This document shows, in pieces, positions 56,236 through 64,000 of a stretch of DNA of 64,000 nt. Source of the stretch: Eledone cirrhosa (lineage: Eukaryota); contig OZ024741.1 of NCBI GenBank assembly GCA_964016885.1, positions 255,626,001 to 255,690,000 on the forward strand. The letters run 5' to 3'. Position 1 is the stretch's first letter. Every line of letters begins with the position of its first letter. A program made the position numbers and the translations under genes. The notes below the pieces were generated by a model. It searched no databases and was not told the origin of the DNA. It saw nothing but the letters and a program-made list of their open reading frames with translations.

Positions 56236-56304
56236 AAATAACAAATAGACGCGGTTTCAAATCTCTATGCTTTTCAAATTCATTACATTAATCTTTATTT
56301 ATAC
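56236..56304 (+). repeat. 69-bp AT-rich element, copy 13 (context A)
   Basis: Matches copy 1. Confidence 0.97.
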
Positions 56305-58766
56305 GTTTCGCTTTACGAGTGTTTCGACTTACGAGTGTTTCGACATACGAGTGTTTCGACTTACGAATGTTTTTGCTTACGGGTGTTTCGACTTACGAAT
56401 GTTTTTGCTTACGAGTGTTTCGGTTTACGAGTGTTCCGACTTACGAGTGTTCCGACTTACGAGTGTTTCGGCTTACGAGTGTTTCCGGCTTACGAGTGTT
56501 TCAACTTACGAGTGTTCTGACTTACGAGTGTTCTGATTTACGGATGTTTCGACACACGAGTGTTTCGAATTACGAGTGTTTCGACTTACGAGTGTTTTGA
56601 CTTACGGGTGTTTTGACATACGAGTGTTTCGATACGAGTGTTTCGACTTACGAGTGTTCTGACTTACGAGTGTTCTGATTTACGGATGTTTCGACATACG
56701 AGTGTTTCGACTTACGAGTGTTTCGACTTATGAGTGTTTCGACTTACGAGTGTTTCGGATTACGAGTGTTTCGACTTACGAGTGTTTTGACTTACGGTGT
56801 TTCGGCTTACGAGTGTTTCGACTTACGAGTGTTTTGACTTACGGGTGTTTTGACATACGAGTGTTTCGATACGAGTGTTCTGACTTACGAGTGTTCTGAC
56901 TTACGAGTGTTCTGACTTACGGGTGTTCTGATTTACGGATGTTTCGACATACGAGTGTTTCGACTTACGAGTATTTTTGGCTTACGAGTGTTTCGACTTA
57001 CGAGTGTTTTGACTTACGAGTGTTCTGATTTACGGATGTTTCGACACACGAGTGTTTCGACTTACGAATGTTTCGACTTATGAGTGTTTCGACTTACGAG
57101 TGTTTCGGCTTACGAGTGTTTCGACTTACGAGTGTTTTGACTTACGGTGTTTCGGCTTACGAGTGTTTCGACTTACGAGTGTTTTGACTTACGGGTGTTT
57201 TGACATACGAGTGTTTCGATACGAGTGTTCTGACTTACGAGTGTTCTGACTTACGAGTGTTTTGACTTACGAGTGTTCTGACTTACGAGTGTTCCGACTT
57301 ACGAGTGTTCCGACTTACGAGTGTTTCGGCTTACGAGTGTTTCCGGCTTACGAGTGTTTCGACTTCCGAGTGTTTTGACTTACGGTGTTTCGGCTTACGA
57401 GTGATTCGACTTACGAGTGTTTTGACTTACGGGTGATTTGACTTACGGGTGTTGTGAATTTCGAGTGTTCCGATTTACGAGTGTTTTGACTTACGGTGTT
57501 TCGGCTTACGAGTGATTCGACTTACGAATGTTTTGACTTACGGGTGTTTCGGCTTGCGAGTGTTTCGACTTACGAGTGTTTCGGCTTATGGGTGTTTCGA
57601 CTTACTAATGTTTTTACTTACGAGTGTTTCGGCGTACGAGTGTTTTGACTTACGAGTGTTTCGACTTACGAGTGTTTCGACTTACGAGTGTTTCGACTTA
57701 CGAGTGTTTCGGCTTACGTGAGTTTCGACTTAAGAGTGTTCTGATTTACGAGTGTTCTGAATTGGGGGTGTTCTGATTTACGAGTGTTCCGACTTACGAG
57801 TGTTTCGGCTTATTAGTGTTTCGACTTACGAGTGTTTCGGCTTACGAGTGTTTCGACTTATGGGTGTTTCGACTTACGAGTGTTTTTACTTACGGTGTTT
57901 CGGCTTACGAGTGTTTCGACATACGAGTGTTTTGACTTACGGGTGTTTCGACTTACGAGTGTTTTGACTTACGAATGTTTTGACTTACGGGTGTTTAGGA
58001 TTACGAGTGTTTCGACTTACGAGTGTTTCGGCTTACGAGTGTTTCGACTTACTAATGTTCTTACGAGTGTTTCGACTTACGGGTGTTTTGACTTACGGGT
58101 GTATCGGCTTACGAGTGTTTTTGGCTTACGAGTGTTTCGACTTACGAGTGTTTTGACTTACGAGTGTTCTGATTTACGGATGTTTCGACTTACGAGTGTT
58201 TCGACTTACGAGTGTTTCGGTTTGTGATTGTTTCGACTTACGAGTGTTTTGACTTACGGTGTTTCAGCTTACGAGTGTTTCGACTTACGAGTGTTTTGAC
58301 TTACGGGTGTTTTGACATACGAGTGTTTTGATACGAGTGTTCTGACTTACGAGTGTTTTGACTTACGAGTGTTCTGACTTACGAGTGTTCCGACTTACGA
58401 GTGTTCCGACTTACGAGTGTTTCGGCTTACGAGTGTTTTGACTTAAGGGTGTTTCGACTTACGAGTGTTTCGATACGAGTGTTTCGACTTACGAGTGTTT
58501 CGGCTTACGAGTGTTTCGACTTACGAGTGTTTCGACTTACGAGTGTTCCGACTTACGGGTGTTTCGACTTACGAGTGTTTTGGCTTACGGTGTTTCGACT
58601 TACGAGTGTTTCGAGTTAAGAGTGTTTTGACTTACGAGTGTTCTGATTTACGAGTGTTCTGACTTACGAGTGTTCTGACTTACGAGTGTTCTGACTTACG
58701 AGTGTTCCGACTTTACGAGTGTTTCGGCTCACGAGTGTTTCGGCTTACGAGTGTTTCGACTTACGA

Positions 58767-58835
58767 AAATAACAAATAGACGCGGTTTCAAATCTCTATG
58801 CTTTTCAAATTCATTACATTAATCTTTATTTATAC
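58767..58835 (+). repeat. 69-bp AT-rich element, copy 14 (context A)
   Basis: Matches copy 1. Confidence 0.97.
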
Positions 58836-61769
58836 GTTTCGCTTTACGAGTGTTTCGACTTACGAGTGTTTCGACATACGAGTGTTTCGACTTACGAATG
58901 TTTTTGCTTACGGGTGTTTCGACTTACGAATGTTTTTGCTTACGAGTGTTTCGGTTTACGAGTGTTCCGACTTACGAGTGTTCCGACTTACGAGTGTTTC
59001 GGCTTACGAGTGTTTCCGGCTTACGAGTGTTTCAACTTACGAGTGTTCTGACTTACAAGTGTTCTGATATACGGATGTTTCGACACACGAGTGTTTCGAA
59101 TTACGAGTGTTTCGAATTACGAGTGTTTTGACTTACGGGTGTTTTGACATACGAGTGTTTCGATACGAGTGTTTCGACTTACGAGTGTTCTGACTTACGA
59201 GTGTTCTGATTTACGGATGTTTCGACATACGAGTGTTTCGACTTACGAGTGTTTCGACTTATGAGTGTTTCGACTTACGAGTGTTTCGGATTACGAGTGT
59301 TTCGACTTACGAGTGTTTTGACTTACGGTGTTTCGGCTTACGAGTGTTTCGACTTACGAGTGTTTTGACTTACGGGTGTTTTGACATACGAGTGTTTCGA
59401 TACGAGTGTTCTGACTTACGAGTGTTCTGACTTACGAGTGTTCTGACTTACGAGTGTTCTGATTTACGGATGTTTCGACATACGAGTGTTTCGACTTACG
59501 AGTGTTTTGACTTACGGGTGTTTTGACATACGAGTGTTTCGATACGAGTGTTCTGACTTACGAGTGTTCTGACTTACGAGTGTTTTGACTTACGAGTGTT
59601 CTGACTTACGGGTGTTTCGACTTACGAGTATTTTTGGCTTACGAGTGTTTCGACTTACGAGTGTTTTGACTTACGAGTGTTCTGATTTACGGATGTTTCG
59701 ACACACGAGTGTTTCGACTTACGAATGTTTCGACTTATGAGTGTTTCGACTTACGAGTGTTTCGGCTTACGAGTGTTTCGACTTACGAGTGTTTTGACTT
59801 ACGGTGTTTCGGCTTACGAGTGTTTCGACTTACGAGTGTTTTGACTTACGGGTGTTTTGACATACGAGTGTTTCGATACGAGTGTTCTGACTTACGAGTG
59901 TTCTGACTTACGAGTGTTTTGACTTACGAGTGTTCTGACTTACGAGTGTTCCGACTTACGAGTGTTCCGACTTACGAGTGTTTCGGCTTACGAGTGTTTC
60001 CGGCTTACGAGTGTTTCGACTTCCGAGTGTTTTGACTTACGGTGTTTCGGCTTACGAGTGATTCGACCTACGAGTGTTTTGACTTACGGGTGATTTGACT
60101 TACGGGTGTTGTGAATTTCGAGTGTTCCGATTTACGAGTGTTTTGACTTACGGTGTTTCGGCTTACGAGTGATTCGACTTACGAATGTTTTGACTTACGG
60201 GTGTTTCGGCTTGCGAGTGTTTCGACTTACGAGTGTTTCGGCTCATGGGTGTTTCGACTTACTAATGTTTTTACTTACGAGTGTTTCGGCGTACGAGTGT
60301 TTTGACTTACGAGTGTTTCGACTTACGAGTGTTTCGACTTACGAGTGTTTCGACTTACGAGTGTTTCGGCTTACGTGAGTTTCGACTTAAGAGTGTTCTG
60401 ATTTACGAGTGTTCTGACTTGCGGGTGTTCTGATTTACGAGTGTTCCGACTTACGAGTGTTTCGGCTTATTAGTGTTTCGACTTACGAGTGTTTCGGCTT
60501 ACGAGTGTTTCGACTTATGGGTGTTTCGACTTACGAGTGTTTTTACTTACGGTGTTTCGGCTTACGAGTGTTTCGACATACGAGTGTTTTGACTTACGGG
60601 TGTTTCGACTTACGAGTGTTTTGACTTACGAATGTTTTGACTTACGGGTGTTTCGGATTACGAGTGTTTCGACTTACGAGTGTTTCGGCTTACGAGTGTT
60701 TCGACTTACTAATGTTCTTACGAGTGTTTCGGCGAACGAGAGTTTTGACTTACGAGTGTTTCGACTTACGAGTGTTTCGACTTACGAGTGTTTTGACTTA
60801 CGAATGTTTTGACTTACGGGTGTTTCGGCTGACGAGTGTTTCGACTTACGAGTCTTTCGGCTTACGAGAGTTTCGACTTACTAATGTTTTTACTTACGAG
60901 TGTTTCGGCGTACGAGTGTTTCGACTTACGAGTGTTTCGACTTACGGGTGTTTTGACTTACGGGTGTTTCGGCTTACAAGTGTTTTGACTTACGAGTGTT
61001 TTGACTTAAGGGTGTTTCGACTTACGAGTATTTTTGGCTTACGAGTGTTTCGACTTACGAGTGTTTTGACTTACGAGTGTTCTGATTTACGGATGTTTCG
61101 ACATACGAGTGTTTCGACTTACGAGTGTTTCGACTTATGAGTGTTTCGACTTACGAGTGTTTCGGCTTATGAGTGTTTCGACTTACGAGTGCTTCGGCTT
61201 ACGAGTGTTTCGACTTACGAGTATTTCGGCTTACGAGTGTTTCGACGTACGAATGTTTTGGCTTACGAGTGTTTCGGCTTATGAGTGTTTCGGCTTACGA
61301 GTGTTTCGACTTACGAGTGTTTCGGCTTACGAGTGTTTCAGTGTTTCGGCTTACGTGTGTTTCGACTTACGAGTGTTTCGACTTACGAGTGTTTTGACTT
61401 ACGAGTGTTCTGATTTACGGATGTTTCGACATACGAGTGTTTCGACTTACGAGTGTTTCGACTTATGAGTGTTTCGACTTACGAGTGTTTCGACTTACGA
61501 GTGTTTCGGCTTGTGATTGTTTCGACTTACGAGTGTTTTGACTTACGGTGTTTCAGCTTACGAGTGTTTTGGCTTACGGTGTTTCGGCTTACGAGTGTTT
61601 CGAGTTACGAGTGTTTTGACTTACACGTGTTTTGACATACGAGTGTTTCGATACGAGTGTTCTGACTTACGAGTGTTCTGACTTACGAGTGTTCTGACTT
61701 ACGAGTGTTCCGACTTTACGAGTGTTTCGGCTCACGAGTGTTTCGGCTTACGAGTGTTTCGACTTACGA

Positions 61770-61838
61770 AAATAACAAATAGACGCGGTTTCAAATCTCT
61801 ATGCTTTTCAAATTCATTACATTAATCTTTATTTATAC
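61770..61838 (+). repeat. 69-bp AT-rich element, copy 15 (context B)
   Basis: Matches copy 1 and lies 25,339 bp after copy 7. Confidence 0.97.
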
Positions 61839-63597
61839 GTTTCGCTTTACGAGTGTTTCGACTTACGAGTGTTTCGACATACGAGTGTTTCGGCTTACGA
61901 GTGTTTTGATTTACGAGTGTTTTGACTTACGGGTGCTTCGACTTACGCGAGTTTCGACTTACGAGTGTTTCGACTTACGAGTGTTTCGACTTACGAGTGT
62001 TTCGGCTTACGAGTGTTTTGACTTACGAATGTTTTGACTTACGATTGTTTCGGCTTACGAGTGTTTCGACTTACGAGTGTTCTGACTACGAGTGTTCTGA
62101 CTTACGGGTGATCTGACTTACGAGTGTTCCGACTTACGAGTGTTTCGGCTTATGAGTGTTTCGACTTACGAGTGCTTCGACTTACGAGTGTTTCGGCTTA
62201 CGGGTGTTTCGACTTACGAATGTTTTTGCTTACGAGTGTTTCGGCTTACGAGTGTTTCGGTTTATGAGTGTTTCGACTTACGAGTGTTTTGACTTACGGG
62301 TGTTTTGACATACGAGTGTTTCGATACGATTGTTCTGACTTACGAGTGTTTCCGCTTACGAGTGTTTCGGCTTACGGGTGTTTCGACTTACTAATGTTTT
62401 TACTTACGAGTGTTTCGGTGTACGAATGTTTCGACTTAAGGATGTTTCGACTTACGAGTGTTTCGACTTACGAGTGTTTCGACTTACGAGTGTTTCGACT
62501 TACGAGTGTTTTGGCTTACGAATGTTTTGACTTACGGGTGTTTCGACTTACGAGTGTTTCGACTTATGAGTGTTTGGACTTACGAGTGTTTCGGCTTATG
62601 AGTGTTTCGACTTACGAGTGCTTCGGCTTACGAGTGTTTCGACTGACGAGTATTTCGGCTTACGAGTGTTTCGACGTACGAATGTTTTGGCTTACGAGTG
62701 TTTCGGCTTATGAGTGTTTCGGCTTACGAGTGTTTCGACTTACGAAGGTTTCGGCTTACGAGTGTTTCAGTGTTTCGGCTTACGTGTGTTTCGACTTACG
62801 AGTGTTTCGACTTACGACTGTTTCGGCTTACGAGTGTTTCGGCTTACGAGTGTTTCGGCTTACGAGTGTTTTGAATTACGATTGTTTGGCTTACGAGTGT
62901 TCTGACTTACGGGTGTTCTGACTTACGAGGGTTCCGACTTACGAGTGTTTCGGCTTATGAGGGTTTCGACTTACGAGTGCTTCGGCTTACGAGTGTTTCG
63001 ACTTACGAGTGTTTCGGCTTACGAGTGTTTCGACTTACGAGTGTTTTGACTTACGGTGTTTCGGCTTACGAGTGTTTCGACATACGAGTGTTTTGACGTA
63101 CGGGTGTTTTGACTTACGGGTCTTTCGACTTAAGAGTGTTTCGACTTACGAGCGCTTCGACTTACGAGTGTTTCGACTTACGAGTGTTTCGGCGTATGAG
63201 TGTTTTGACTTACGAGTGTTTCGACTTACGAGTGTTTCGACTTACGAGTGTTTCGAATTACGAGTGTTTCGACTTACGAGTGTTTTGACTTACGAGTGTT
63301 TTGACTTACGGTGTTTCTGCTTACGAGTGTTTCGACTTACGAGTGTTATGACTTACGGGTGTTTTGACATACGAGTGTTTCGACTTACGAGTGTTTTGAC
63401 TTACGGGTGTTTTGACATACGAGTGTTTCGATAGGAGTGTTCTGACTTACGAGTGTTCTGACTTACGAGTGTTCTGACTTACGAGTGTTCTGACTTACGA
63501 GTGTTCTGACTTACGAGTGTTCTGACTTACGAGTGTTCCGACTTTACGAGTGTTTCGGCTCACGAGTGTTTCGGCTTACGAGTGTTTCGACTTACGA

Positions 63598-63666
63598 AAA
63601 TAACAAATAGACGCGGTTTCAAATCTCTATGCTTTTCAAATTCATTACATTAATCTTTATTTATAC
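63598..63666 (+). repeat. 69-bp AT-rich element, copy 16 (context B)
   Basis: Matches copy 1 and lies 25,227 bp after copy 8. Confidence 0.97.
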
Positions 63667-64000
63667 GTTTCGCTTTACGAGTGTTTCGACTTACGAGTGT
63701 TTCGACATACGAGTGTTTCGGCTTACGAGTGTTTTGATTTACGAGTGTTTTGACTTACGGGTGCTTCGACTTACGCGTGTTTCGACTTACGAGTGTTTCG
63801 ACTTACGAGTGTTTCGGCTTATGAGTGTTTTGACTTACGAATGTTTTGACTTACGATTGTTTCGGCTTACGAGTGTTTCGACTTACGAGTGTTCTGACTA
63901 CGAGTGTTCTGACTTACGGGTGTTCTGACTTACGAGTGTTCTGACTTACGAGTGTTTCGGCTTATGAGTGTTTCGACTTACGAGTGCTTCGACTTACGAG

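Larger units (their letters stand above)
46680..60850 (+). repeat. Large tandem duplication, about 7.3/7.0-kb unit x2 with internal indels (approximate ends)
   Basis: Offsets are 7316 (47026/54342, 47708/55024, 48951/56267), then 7079 (49973/57052, 51719/58798), then 6968 (52741/59709, 53521/60489). Private variants are shared by the two halves. Confidence 0.88.
1..64000 (+). repeat. Tandem satellite array of 16-bp monomer GACTTACGAGTGTTTC, running off both window ends
   Basis: The monomer is read directly throughout. Common variants are GGCTTACG, GACATACG, GATTTACG, TACGGGTG, TATGAG and the endings TTTT/TTCT/TTCC. Length variants of 8, 12, 14, 15 and 17 bp also occur. No inversion was seen, and the ORF track has no minus-strand ORF. 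Confidence 0.99.

Noticed and set aside
49-63928. Numerous + strand ORFs encoding (DLRVFRLTSVSTYECF)n repeats
   Set aside because: Three monomers (48 nt) lack stops in all + frames and give the same 16-aa cycle. ORFs overlap in every frame, start mostly at incidental GTG/TTG and mostly end at TGA created by variant monomers. Frameshifting length variants are frequent. The minus strand has TAA in most monomers, which explains the absence of ORFs there.
1-64000. CRISPR array or CRISPR-like repeat-spacer system
   Set aside because: There are no unique spacers. The 16-mers abut directly, the intervals between 69-bp elements are kilobases of the same satellite, and there are no cas genes or leader.
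1-64000. Telomerase-made telomeric repeat (T/G-rich strand; some variants contain GGTGT or ACGGATGT as in budding-yeast telomeres)
   Set aside because: The consensus lacks G-runs. Ordered multi-kb duplications and embedded inserts indicate recombinational amplification, not templated addition of one short unit.
1-64000. Pure sequencing or amplification artefact such as a rolling-circle concatemer
   Set aside because: Hierarchical shared variants at many different offsets are inconsistent with a single template or with random error. Individual near-identical duplications could still be mis-assemblies.

Overview
The whole 64-kb window is one head-to-tail satellite DNA array with no strand inversion seen. 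It is built from a 16-bp monomer, consensus GACTTACGAGTGTTTC (7/16 GC, two CpGs per period), in roughly 3,900-4,000 copies estimated from length. The only non-monomer sequence is a 69-bp AT-rich element (17/69 GC) present in 16 nearly identical, same-orientation copies. It always sits at the same phase of the monomer, and copies are spaced 1.5-10.4 kb apart. Monomer variants occur in ordered strings that reveal nested duplications at offsets of about 172, 253, 526, 766, 2166, 3644, 3725, 4593, 7000-7300, 25,200 and 29,100 bp, with diagnostic variants separating a left and a right sub-domain. I find no credible protein-coding gene, RNA gene or CRISPR array. All listed ORFs are by-products of a consensus that is stop-free on the + strand. 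The architecture is typical of eukaryotic heterochromatic or (peri)centromeric satellite, but the organism and function cannot be determined from the sequence. The best leads are the 69-bp element and the monomer's resemblance to pogo/Tigger terminal motifs and the CENP-B box. Neither establishes a new biological system.
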